Translations under genes and position numbers: made by a program
Shown here: one piece after another, positions 1-8,451 of the stretch
How positions within the stretch are numbered: the first letter of the stretch is position 1
How the letters are laid out: every line of letters starts with the position of its first letter
NCBI GenBank assembly: GCA_001816915.1
Contig: MHCL01000008.1
Coordinates: 17,040 to 53,264, forward strand
Reading direction: 5' to 3'
Source: Candidatus Chisholmbacteria bacterium RIFCSPLOWO2_01_FULL_49_14
GTDB lineage: Bacteria > Patescibacteriota > Microgenomatia > UBA1400 > Chisholmbacteraceae
Length of the DNA: 36,225 bases
The notes under the pieces: model-generated
Databases searched by the model: none
What the model was told of the DNA's origin: nothing
The model's input: the letters and a program-made list of their open reading frames with translations, nothing else

Positions 1-586
1 GCGCATCGTACTCCCGTTTGCTGGTCTCCAGCTGCTCTGCGGGATTGTGCGCTCCCACGAAATAGAGCTGCGGCATGGCGAAGTCACAGCCTGCCTGGAA
101 CTCCCTGAACGGGAAACCGTTGCCGGCACCCGGCGGCCATTCGCCGTGCTTCGTCGGGAAGCGGTACGAGGTGTATCCCAGTGTTACCCCCGAGAGCTCA
201 GCGCGAAGGCGCGTTGTGAGATTCGTAGCGACAACACCCGCCCCCTTGCGCTTGTATTCCGCCTCGGCGTTGATGGTGAAGCTGTCACCTCCATAGATCC
301 CGTAGGCGGCTTTGATGGCGGCGAGCTCTCCTACGAGATCCTGTCCATAACTGTACATCCAGGTATGGACCTTCAGATTGTTCTCGCGCGCCAGCGCGAT
401 AAGCTCGGGGAGGCCTTGTGCTTCCGGTTTCCCTGGAAGCCAGGCATAGTTGCCGTTGGCGATCTTGGGCATGATGCCCGTGAAGCCGCTTTCAACCGCT
501 GCCCTGATTGCCTCATCCAGCGAGTTGTAGACCTTGAGGAGCTGGCTTGCGTACCAGACCATGAGAAACTTTCCGATTGGGATCAT
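1..586 (-). CDS. Putative glycoside hydrolase, TIM-barrel (GH25/lysozyme-like); 3' end runs off the window
   Basis: Manual minus-strand translation is open from ATG at 586 (SD GGAAAGGAG just upstream) to the window edge: MIPIGKFLMVWY...GIMPKIANG...KVHTWMYSYG...FTINAEAEYK...GYTSYRFP...FPFREF..GCDFAMPQLYF. Not in the ORF track because there is no stop in the window. Confidence 0.7.
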   Translation of the reverse strand, partial: MIPIGKFLMVWYASQLLKVYNSLDEAIRAAVESGFTGIMPKIANGNYAWLPGKPEAQGLPELIALARENNLKVHTWMYSYGQDLVGELAAIKAAYGIYGGDSFTINAEAEYKRKGAGVVATNLTTRLRAELSGVTLGYTSYRFPTKHGEWPPGAGNGFPFREFQAGCDFAMPQLYFVGAHNPAEQLETSKREYDA

Positions 587-655
587 GGCTTTGTCTCCTT
601 TCCATCACACGCTAGGGTCTGCAAGGCCACGCCTTGCAGAATAAGTGTATTCCGC

Positions 656-783
656 TATTCAGTTATCAAGGTGCGCCTCGAACTTCCGAGACGCCCTTGC
701 GAAAGGGTTGGGCGTGCCGAGAGACCGGGGCACAAAAGTCTTTAAAAAACACTCCAGTTTCCTGAAGCGGGCCGATTATAGCA
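656..783 (-). promoter_or_regulatory. Extended -10 promoter, leader terminator and boxA-like motif upstream of the hydrolase gene
   Basis: Minus strand: TGcTATAAT (TATAAT at 780-775), then CGCTTCAG-GAAA-CTGGAGTG-T6 (769-744), further hairpins, and GCACCTTGATAACTGAATA (674-656). Confidence 0.55.
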
Positions 784-902
784 GAACTGGGAAGTCAGGG
801 ATGAATAGATTAGTGAATAACAGATTGCAGGTTCATATATAAGATTCAAGATTTGATGTTCGGTGTTTAATGAATACATTGAAGATAAGAAGATGCTTTT
901 TT

Positions 903-1111
903 TATTTATGCCAAGTACATGTTGTTACTTCTTTACTCACCTAAAGAAGTAACCAAGAAAGGGAGCCCTGTGAAACCCTGCCAGTGTATCTTCGCTTCGC
1001 TCGGCGGGAACCCTCGGAAATTCACCTTCGACTCGTACTCTCGCTAAGGTTCAGTTTCCGTTTCCCACTCGAGCTCATCTCGATGCACATCGGCACAGGC
1101 TTCACAACGGG
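903..1111 (+). repeat. Dispersed ~200-nt structured element, copy 1
   Basis: Perfect 12-bp stem GTTACTTCTTTA/TAAAGAAGTAAC (924-953), CAAGAAA linker, then a long imperfect hairpin CCCTGTGAA...GGAAATT...CAGTTTCCGTTTCCC...TTCACAACGGG. Same layout as 27235-27425 and 32189-32403. Confidence 0.8.
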
Positions 1112-1158
1112 GAAAGAGCTAAAAAAACAGAGATCGGGGGTAAATATGAAATATCGGA

Positions 1159-1435
1159 TGACTAATGACTACTGACTAATAACTAATGTTTAATGTTCAA
1201 GGTTTAATGTTTAAATATTAAATCTTGATTTCTAATCCCTAATTCCAAATTCCTAAACCCTGGATTCTCATTCTTCCGCTTGACACGGCCGTTATACTTT
1301 GAAAAAGTCAATGGGTGAGAATAAGAAGCAAGAAATAATGAGAAGAAAATAATGAGTAATTTAAAATCCTAAACCCTAAGCCATCTATCCTTAAACGCTA
1401 AAAAAGCTAATAACCTAATAATCTAGTCAGCTAAT
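1159..1435. repeat. Degenerate heptamer-period, strand-biased tandem repeat tracts
   Basis: Units such as GACTAAT GACTACT GACTAAT AACTAAT, GTTTAAT GTTCAAG GTTTAAT, TTCTAAT CCCTAAT TCCAAAT TCCTAAA. Confidence 0.7.
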
Positions 1436-1448
1436 ACGCTAGAATCCT

Positions 1449-3467
1449 ATGAAACTTGTCATCGTCGAAAGCCCGACCAAAGCCAGAACCCTCTCGAGAT
1501 ACTTGGGAAAGGGATATGAAATCGAAGCCAGCATGGGCCATGTCAGGGATTTGCCCCCCAGCAAGTTGGGCGTTGATGTCGAGCATGATTTTGCTCCGCT
1601 CTATGAGGTCGTTTCCGAGAAAGAAAAAATTGTCGATAAGCTTCGGTCTTTGGCAAAAAAAGCGGATGAGATTTACCTCTCCATGGACCCTGATAGGGAA
1701 GGGGAGGCAATTGCCTTTCATGTCAAACACCTGATCGGGAGAAACGGGAAGTTCAAACGGGTCGTTTTCCACCAGATCACCAAATCGGCAATTTTGGACG
1801 CGTTCACGCATCCGCGCGCGATCGATGATAATCTGGTTGACGCACAGCAAGCCCGCCGAGTTTTGGACAGACTGGTCGGATATACGCTGTCCCCGCTTCT
1901 CTGGAAAAAGGTGCGCCGGGGATTGTCAGCGGGCCGCGTCCAGTCGGTTGCCGTGCGTTTGATCGTTGAGCGCGAACGGGAAATCGAGGCCTTTAAGCCT
2001 GAAGAGTATTGGGTGATCGGCGCCGAGGTCACGAAAGCCGGTTCGCCTGAGGTATTCAGCATAGGCTTAGTGAAAATTGACGGCGAGACAGCAAAGGTGG
2101 CAGATAAAAAAACAGCCGATGCCATTGTCTCCGATCTCAAGGGCGCTGGGTATCTCGTCGTCCGGGTTGTGAGGAAGGAAGTCAAGAAAGGACCATATCC
2201 TCCGTTTACTACCTCCACCCTACAGCAGAGCGCTTCAAACGTCTTGGGTTTTACTGCCAAGCGGACCATGCGGGCGGCGCAAAACCTGTATGAGATGGGC
2301 CACATCACCTATCACCGAACCGATAGCGTTCACCTGGCCGCTGAGGCCAGAGCGTCAGCCCGATCTTACATCGAAAAAGCATATGGGAAGCAGTACCTCC
2401 CCGAGAATCCGAGGTTTTATAAGGTACGCAGCAAGTTAGCCCAGGAGGCGCATGAGGCGATTCGCCCGACCCGCGTTTCCGTCGATGCCGATTCGCTCAA
2501 GATCAAGGGGAAGGTGGTTTCTGATCTGCGGCGCCTGTATACGGTAATCCGAAAACGATTCCTTGCTTCTCAGATGAGCGATGCGGTTTATGATTCCACG
2601 ACCGTTGATGTGGAGGCGAAAGATAAAAATCCGAAATCCGAAGCACGAAATTCGAAAGTTTATCTTTTGCGGGCGAACGGAACGATCCTGAAGTTTGACG
2701 GATGGCGAACATTGTACAAACGCGACAGTGAAGATCGGGAGCTCCCGATACTTGAAGAAGGTGAGGGGCTGGATCTCAAGAATGTCCTGGCTGAACAAAA
2801 ATTTACCGAACCTTCGGCCAGATATACCGACGCAACGCTGGTCAAAGCGATGGAAGAGCGGGGAATCGGCAGGCCGTCAACCTACGCGCCGACCATCTCC
2901 ACCATTCTTGCCAGACAGTATGTTGAATATGATGAGAGAAAGTTCAAACCGACCACCGTCGGCATCGCGACCAATGACTTTTTGGTCGGTAACTTTGACC
3001 AGACGGTCGACTACGACTTCACGGCAGGCATGGAGGAGGATCTGGATAGAATCGCGCTCGGCAAAAGAAAATGGGTACCGGTTATTCGAGATTTTTGGGA
3101 GCCGTTTTTACGTAAAGCGGAGTTTGTCGAGAAAAACGCGAAGCGGGTGAAAGTGCCGACCGAGTCGACAGGGAACAAATGCCCCGTCTGCAAAGAAGGC
3201 GATGAAGTCATTCGGGTGGGCAGATTCGGAAAGTTCCTCTCCTGTTCAAGGTTTCCCGAATGTAAATATACCGCCAACTATGTCGAGAAACTCCAGGGGA
3301 TCAAATGCCCGGAGGATGGCGGTGATATCGTTATTAAAAAAACCCGCAAAGGGAAGACTTTTTTCGGTTGTTCCAATTACCCCAACTGCAAATGGGCGTC
3401 TTGGAGAGATCCGCGAGCATCCGGAAAAAAGTCAGTCGAGAAATCTGCACCACCAATCTCCGTCTAA
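1449..3467 (+). CDS. topA: DNA topoisomerase I (type IA)
   Basis: LVIVESPTK, DPDREGEAI, SAGRVQS, ITYHRTD (catalytic Tyr), QEAHEAIRPT, GIGRPSTY, C-terminal zinc ribbons. Confidence 0.98.
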   Translation: MKLVIVESPTKARTLSRYLGKGYEIEASMGHVRDLPPSKLGVDVEHDFAPLYEVVSEKEKIVDKLRSLAKKADEIYLSMDPDREGEAIAFHVKHLIGRNGKFKRVVFHQITKSAILDAFTHPRAIDDNLVDAQQARRVLDRLVGYTLSPLLWKKVRRGLSAGRVQSVAVRLIVEREREIEAFKPEEYWVIGAEVTKAGSPEVFSIGLVKIDGETAKVADKKTADAIVSDLKGAGYLVVRVVRKEVKKGPYPPFTTSTLQQSASNVLGFTAKRTMRAAQNLYEMGHITYHRTDSVHLAAEARASARSYIEKAYGKQYLPENPRFYKVRSKLAQEAHEAIRPTRVSVDADSLKIKGKVVSDLRRLYTVIRKRFLASQMSDAVYDSTTVDVEAKDKNPKSEARNSKVYLLRANGTILKFDGWRTLYKRDSEDRELPILEEGEGLDLKNVLAEQKFTEPSARYTDATLVKAMEERGIGRPSTYAPTISTILARQYVEYDERKFKPTTVGIATNDFLVGNFDQTVDYDFTAGMEEDLDRIALGKRKWVPVIRDFWEPFLRKAEFVEKNAKRVKVPTESTGNKCPVCKEGDEVIRVGRFGKFLSCSRFPECKYTANYVEKLQGIKCPEDGGDIVIKKTRKGKTFFGCSNYPNCKWASWRDPRASGKKSVEKSAPPISV

Positions 3468-3555
3468 CTCGAGAAATATTTCGTTTTCTTCGGTACGAAT
3501 TGCGATGTCTTTGCCGATTGCATCAACCCTGTTGTGTTGCTAGCATAACTGCACG

Positions 3556-5748
3556 ATGGCGATGTGGCAGGTTCGAAAACGCTCGGGAGAGACTGAAGAT
3601 TTTATTCCCCAGAAAATCACGCAATCGATTGTCAGGGCGCAGTCGAATGTCGGCGTTACCGATGCAGATCAGGCTAAGCACGTTGGATCGTTGGTTTTCT
3701 CCGACCTGCAGAAACGTTTGGCGTCGGAGCGCCTGATCGGTACGGACCAGATCGGAGATGCCGTGGAGCGGATTCTCATTGACGAGGCGCTCTATGACAT
3801 TGCCCGCGCCTACATCATTGCCAGAGAACGCCAGCGCCAGAAAACCAGGGCGGAGAAGCAATTGGGAGTTACCGATGACATTGGTCTTCCCTACAACTCG
3901 ATCGTGGTCATCCGCAACAAGTATCTCAAAAAAGACGATCAGGGGAATCCCATTGAAACGCCCAAGCAAATGTTTGCGCGGGTGGCAAAGACGCTCTCTT
4001 CTACGGAGAAAAAGCCCAAAGGTTGGGAGAGCAGATTTTTTGAGGTGATGACCTCGCTTCGCCTCCTTCCCGCCGGACGGACGCTTGCCAACGCGGGGAC
4101 GACCAATAACCAGATGGCCAACTGCTTCGTGCTGCCGATGCCGGACTCGGTCGAGGGTATTTTTGAGGTCGTTAAAGAAAGCTCGATTCTCAAGAAGAAC
4201 GGGGGGGCGGTCGGCTTCAACTTCGGCAAAATCCGTCCCAAAGGCGACGCGGTTGCCGGTACCACTGGCGAAGCCTGCGGACCCGTCGCGATCATGAAGA
4301 TCGTCAATGACGCCTCCGATATTCTATTGCAAGCGGGGGGAAGGCGAAGCGGGAACATGGTTGTCCTACCCGTATCCCACCCGGATGTGTTTGAATTCAT
4401 CACCTGCAAGGAGGATGAGTCGCTTTTACCCCATATCAATTATTCACTGGGAGTGACCTCGAAGTTTATGAACGCGGTTGAGAGAGATCTTCCGTGGGAT
4501 CTTATTAATCCGCGAAACGGAGAGGTTGTGAGCACGGTGTCGGCCCGCTCCATCTTCGAGCTTGCCTGCTCCATGGCCTGGCGGAATGGCGATCCCGGAA
4601 TGATCTTTCTGGACCGCATCAACAGGGACAATCCGACGCCCCATGTCGGGGCGCTCGAGGCCGTGAACCTCTGCGGAGAACAACCGCTTTTGCCATGGGA
4701 AGCGTGCAATTTGGGATCTCTCAATTTGGCGGCCCACCTGGTCAGCAACGGGAAGCGCAGCATCAACTGGGAGAAGCTCGAAGACTCGGTTCGCTTAGGA
4801 ATACGGATGCTTGATGACGTGATCACCGGCTGCCGTTATCCTGTCAAGAAAGTCGAGGAGACGGTCAACGCCAACCGCAAGATCGGGTTGGGGATCATGG
4901 GCTGGGCGGATATGCTGGTTAGACTTGGGATTCCTTACAACAGTGAGGAAGCGCTGAAGCTGGCGCGGCGGATGATGAGGTTCATCCGGGAGAAAGCGGA
5001 GGATGAAAGTTCCAGGCTCGGGAAGGAGAAGGGGAGTTTCCCCAACTTCAAAGGTTCTCTCTGGGAGAAACGAGGCTACAAGCAGTTCCGCAACGCGACT
5101 TTACTGACCATCGCCCCGACGGGTTCGATTTCCATGGCGGCCGGCGTCTCCTACGGCATTGAGCCGCATTTTGCCCTGGCGTTTTATAAGGAAGCGATGG
5201 GGGGCATTCAGTTGCCGGAAGTCAATGCCGATCTTCTTGAGGCACTGCGGGACGCCGGGATTGAGGAGAATGGTCTTCTTGATGAGATTGCGCAAACCGG
5301 AACGATCCAGCAGATGAGCCAAATCCCGGAGCGGATCCGCAAGGTCTTCGTCACGGCGCACGATCTTACCCCTCAAGATCATGTCCTCACCCAAGCGGCA
5401 TTCCAGAAATACACCGATAACGCGGTTTCCAAGACCATCAATATGGCGCATGACGCGCGGGTCGAAGATATCCAGGATGCGTTCATGCTGGCCTGGAAAA
5501 CGGGATGCAAGGGGATCACCGCCTACCGGGACCTCAGCAGAAAAGTGCAAGTACTCAATGTCGGGAAACATTCAACAGCCACAAGTCACAAGTCACAAGC
5601 TACAAATAAGAGAGATAATAAGATTTCCCTACAAGCTAATAAGCTAACAAGCTCTTTTTCGGAGTGTCCGCAGTGCGGGGCGACCATGCAGTTTGTGGAA
5701 GGCTGCGCGACCTGCCCGTCATGCGCTTTTTCAGTCTGTTCGCTGTAA
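3556..5748 (+). CDS. nrdJ: Adenosylcobalamin-dependent (class II) ribonucleotide reductase with N-terminal ATP cone and C-terminal Zn ribbon
   Basis: ATP cone VRKRSG..EDF; ANCFVL; GGRRSGNM; NLCGEQPL finger loop; TIAPTGSIS; SKTIN; C-terminal CPQCG...EGCATCPSCAFSVC. No nrdB nearby and no C-terminal YY motif (TAYR instead). Confidence 0.9.
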   Translation: MAMWQVRKRSGETEDFIPQKITQSIVRAQSNVGVTDADQAKHVGSLVFSDLQKRLASERLIGTDQIGDAVERILIDEALYDIARAYIIARERQRQKTRAEKQLGVTDDIGLPYNSIVVIRNKYLKKDDQGNPIETPKQMFARVAKTLSSTEKKPKGWESRFFEVMTSLRLLPAGRTLANAGTTNNQMANCFVLPMPDSVEGIFEVVKESSILKKNGGAVGFNFGKIRPKGDAVAGTTGEACGPVAIMKIVNDASDILLQAGGRRSGNMVVLPVSHPDVFEFITCKEDESLLPHINYSLGVTSKFMNAVERDLPWDLINPRNGEVVSTVSARSIFELACSMAWRNGDPGMIFLDRINRDNPTPHVGALEAVNLCGEQPLLPWEACNLGSLNLAAHLVSNGKRSINWEKLEDSVRLGIRMLDDVITGCRYPVKKVEETVNANRKIGLGIMGWADMLVRLGIPYNSEEALKLARRMMRFIREKAEDESSRLGKEKGSFPNFKGSLWEKRGYKQFRNATLLTIAPTGSISMAAGVSYGIEPHFALAFYKEAMGGIQLPEVNADLLEALRDAGIEENGLLDEIAQTGTIQQMSQIPERIRKVFVTAHDLTPQDHVLTQAAFQKYTDNAVSKTINMAHDARVEDIQDAFMLAWKTGCKGITAYRDLSRKVQVLNVGKHSTATSHKSQATNKRDNKISLQANKLTSSFSECPQCGATMQFVEGCATCPSCAFSVCSL

Positions 5749-5977
5749 GCTCTGTAGGTTACGGATTATTGACAGCTCGAGCTGAAGTGGGTAGCAGACG
5801 TTGGCAGGCGGGCCTGCCCTTCCTGCGCATTCTCCATTTGTAGTTTATAGCTTCCTCAAGAAGTTCTTTTTGAAGGATAGATTTTTTTTGATTGGAATAA
5901 AAACTTATCACTTGGCTGTGTTTTTGATCTGATGTTGGGGTAGTTTGGAAAATTGACCGACGTGTTACTATTCTGTT

Positions 5978-6562
5978 ATGAGAGATTTTAAAGAAGGCAA
6001 AGTAGTCCTTCCTATTACGAAGGATCGATATGGATGGGTAATATCAGAACCAAGTTTCGATCTATCGATTATCCAGGATCATGAGATGAACTTGAGAGTT
6101 GCTCGGGAACGAGGCATAGATCCTCTGAGTTTTTCAGATATCAGCCAGCAACTGGGTGAGGGTTGGAATATTTGGGTGTTATTTGATACCGTTTTGAGAG
6201 CTTTTCGTGGCAATTACTGGCGAGTACTGGAAATTGATCGTAAGCAGGAAGAAGTGGAACTTCAATTCTGCGGAAGGTTTGGGATTTCCGACTACAAGGG
6301 TATTGAGCCGTTTCGGCTTTCAGTTCACGAGCCGTTTTTTACTGGTGTGACTGTACAAAAGTTTGTCGATGATAAGTCAGGTGAGCCGGTTTCGCTTACG
6401 GAGTTTCATGTGAGAAAAGGGGGAAGGGAACCAATGGATGTTCTCCAGGAACTTAAATGTTCGGAAGAGATTTACTGGTCTCAAGGAGCCGGTCCTTATT
6501 TTGGCCTCTTAAATTTCAAGTATATCGAACCTCAGAGAGGTAGAATTCCTTCTTCCGGATAG
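5978..6562 (+). CDS. Hypothetical protein (194 aa)
   Basis: Long ORF filling the gap; extended -10 TGtTACTAT 6 nt before the ATG (leaderless-type). Confidence 0.7.
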   Translation: MRDFKEGKVVLPITKDRYGWVISEPSFDLSIIQDHEMNLRVARERGIDPLSFSDISQQLGEGWNIWVLFDTVLRAFRGNYWRVLEIDRKQEEVELQFCGRFGISDYKGIEPFRLSVHEPFFTGVTVQKFVDDKSGEPVSLTEFHVRKGGREPMDVLQELKCSEEIYWSQGAGPYFGLLNFKYIEPQRGRIPSSG

Positions 6563-6616
6563 AACATTTCAAATATTGCTTATCTAATAATAGAAATCAA
6601 ATTTCTACTCAAAGTT

Positions 6617-7072
6617 CTACTCCAAGTAGAGATTTACCACGTTGATTTCTTTGAAGAGTTTAAAATCTTGAATGTTTGCGGTCAGGATCTTCCGTATACC
6701 GTTGGAGAGCATGGTTGCGACCAATAAGAGATCAAACGTTTGTCTGGAATTTTTTAGGCGGTAGCGTTTTAAGAGTTTTGTGAAGAATGTCATGGTTTGG
6801 TCGTTGGGGTAGATTACCGTGAAGGAGGAAGAGGAGAGATATTTTTCTACCTCCAGAGACACCTGTTTTTGGGTGAGGGGACGCGTGATTCTCCCCGGAT
6901 TCGTGATCACTGCGACGAGCTCGAGAAGATTTTGGCTGGAGACCATGGCGTTGATCTTCCCAGAAAGTGCCTTGTCGTGATACACGGCGGCCTGCGCAAA
7001 GAATTTGCTGTCCTGATCCTGGTTATAGACGAGGACGTTGGTGTCAAAGAGGATCGGCTCAGACGTCTTCAT
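6617..7072 (-). CDS. PIN-domain (VapC-like) toxin
   Basis: ILFDTNVLVY, Q..LE, TFDLLLVATM, ILTANIQDF: the PIN acidic motifs. Confidence 0.88.
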   Translation of the reverse strand: MKTSEPILFDTNVLVYNQDQDSKFFAQAAVYHDKALSGKINAMVSSQNLLELVAVITNPGRITRPLTQKQVSLEVEKYLSSSSFTVIYPNDQTMTFFTKLLKRYRLKNSRQTFDLLLVATMLSNGIRKILTANIQDFKLFKEINVVNLYLE

Positions 7073-7295
7073 AGATCTCGGAGCGGCTCAGAGTTCCTTT
7101 GACTCCGCCGAGCTTGTGCCCGCCGATTCTTTCCTGACGGGTTTTCGGGAGTGGAGTGGAGCTCTTCAAATGCTTCTTCAGGCTTGCATGGATGATGTGC
7201 TTGAGGGTTTTTCCCTCCCGCAAGGCCGTCAGTTTCGCCTGGTAGAGAAGATTTGCGTCTAACTCGATGGTAGTTTTAACGGTCTGTTTAGCCAT
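7059..7295 (-). CDS. Ribbon-helix-helix (VapB-like) antitoxin
   Basis: KTTIELDANLLYQAK..A..EGKTL pattern; C-terminal LSRSEIYED; overlaps the PIN gene start by 14 nt. Promoter TTGACA-18-TAATAT lies 6 nt before the ATG. Confidence 0.8.
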   Translation of the reverse strand: MAKQTVKTTIELDANLLYQAKLTALREGKTLKHIIHASLKKHLKSSTPLPKTRQERIGGHKLGGVKGTLSRSEIYEDV

Positions 7296-7328
7296 AAAAC
7301 CATATTACCGTAAAGCTGTAAGAATTGT

Positions 7329-7357
7329 CAAGTCTCTCCCGTCTTGGGAGAGACTTG
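7329..7357. promoter_or_regulatory. Perfect 12-bp inverted repeat overlapping the -35 of the TA promoter (operator or hairpin)
   Basis: CAAGTCTCTCCC-GTCTT-GGGAGAGACTTG between divergent genes. Confidence 0.45.
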
Positions 7358-7495
7358 CGGCCTCCTGCGTGTGTTAACGGCTTAAGGAATACTCTTCAAA
7401 GAATATCAACTATCTTGACAGGGCACGATTGAAGCGATATATTGACCCTTTGTGTGTAAGAGTTACATACAGATTCAGCAAGAACTGAGGAATTT

Positions 7496-8053
7496 ATGAC
7501 AGAAGCAGACCCCAGAGATTATCGAGAAACGGATGAGGCAACAACGAATCCGATCTACGCGGAAGCGCTCAACCTACCGTATCTATTTGATGAGCATATG
7601 ATCCGTAAACCAATCGCGGTCGATGTTCCCCGGATGTTCGATCAGCTGGCTGAACAGGGGTTCAAGCTGGGAATAGAATCCCAGATCCGTTCGGCTTCGA
7701 TTGCCATCGAGGGTACATCTACGGTTAATCCGACGCCTAAAATTCTTTTCCATTTAGACGTTTACCCTTTGGAGGGTGAACTCGACAAGGCTCCTTCTGA
7801 AACTGTCGCTTACAGGAATGGCGGTGCCATCTCGACCGGCGAACGTCCAATTGGAAACTTTGTTGAGTATCTCGACCGAAAGTTGACTCTGACTCTTTTG
7901 TCTGACGGCAAAGCCGAAGTACGCTTCCTTCCTGGAAATTACACCTATCTTCCGTCACTGCAAAAATCCAGAGAGGCATTGAGCCGGGATGCAGATTTGC
8001 GCAGCACCGTCATCCGCACAATGCTTGCGTCAGTTGAAACGATTTCATCCTAG
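7496..8053 (+). CDS. Hypothetical protein (185 aa)
   Basis: Promoter TTGACA(7415)-17-TATATT and SD-like GAGGA before the ATG. Confidence 0.7.
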   Translation: MTEADPRDYRETDEATTNPIYAEALNLPYLFDEHMIRKPIAVDVPRMFDQLAEQGFKLGIESQIRSASIAIEGTSTVNPTPKILFHLDVYPLEGELDKAPSETVAYRNGGAISTGERPIGNFVEYLDRKLTLTLLSDGKAEVRFLPGNYTYLPSLQKSREALSRDADLRSTVIRTMLASVETISS

Positions 8054-8090
8054 AGTATAATGCGAGTGGTTTCAGATAATATGAACAGGT

Positions 8091-8372
8091 ATGAAAGATG
8101 AAAGGGGGAGTATGCCAACAGATGGAGGAATGAGAGGTGGAAGATTGAGTGGAGCTGGTCAACGAAGGGGTATTGAAGGGGAACCTCCTGCGAATCATGG
8201 AGAAGAGGCTGAGATTCAACCAACCGACGCAGCGGATCCCAGTCAGCAAGGGGATTCAGTCGAAGAAACGGATTTGCCGGTAGATGCTTCTCTTGATTCT
8301 CAAACAGCATCAATTGCTAAACGTATTGATTTGGAAGCTTGGCTGCGAATGAGCAGACCTGATCTTTATTGA
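8091..8372 (+). CDS. Small acidic, probably disordered hypothetical protein
   Basis: ORF fills the gap, with TATAAT upstream; low complexity, so support is weak. Confidence 0.45.
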   Translation: MKDERGSMPTDGGMRGGRLSGAGQRRGIEGEPPANHGEEAEIQPTDAADPSQQGDSVEETDLPVDASLDSQTASIAKRIDLEAWLRMSRPDLY

Positions 8373-8451
8373 AGAAGCGTTGCTCTTGGGTTACGCTTCA
8401 TTTGGATTTTCCTCTTGTTTTTTTTCACTGTCCTATGCTACCTTCAGTGCG

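Noticed and set aside
47-745. 232-aa plus-strand ORF in the track
   Set aside because: Antisense shadow of the minus-strand hydrolase-like gene, which has an SD, a promoter and family-like motifs.
984-1175. Short ORFs over the structured elements (also 27195-27437 and 32168-32488)
   Set aside because: They use non-ATG starts, are not consistently conserved as proteins between copies, and conservation follows base pairing.
3556-5748. Intein or intron in nrdJ or topA
   Set aside because: Lengths are normal and no splicing or homing-endonuclease motifs are seen; the only insertions are short repeat-derived ones.
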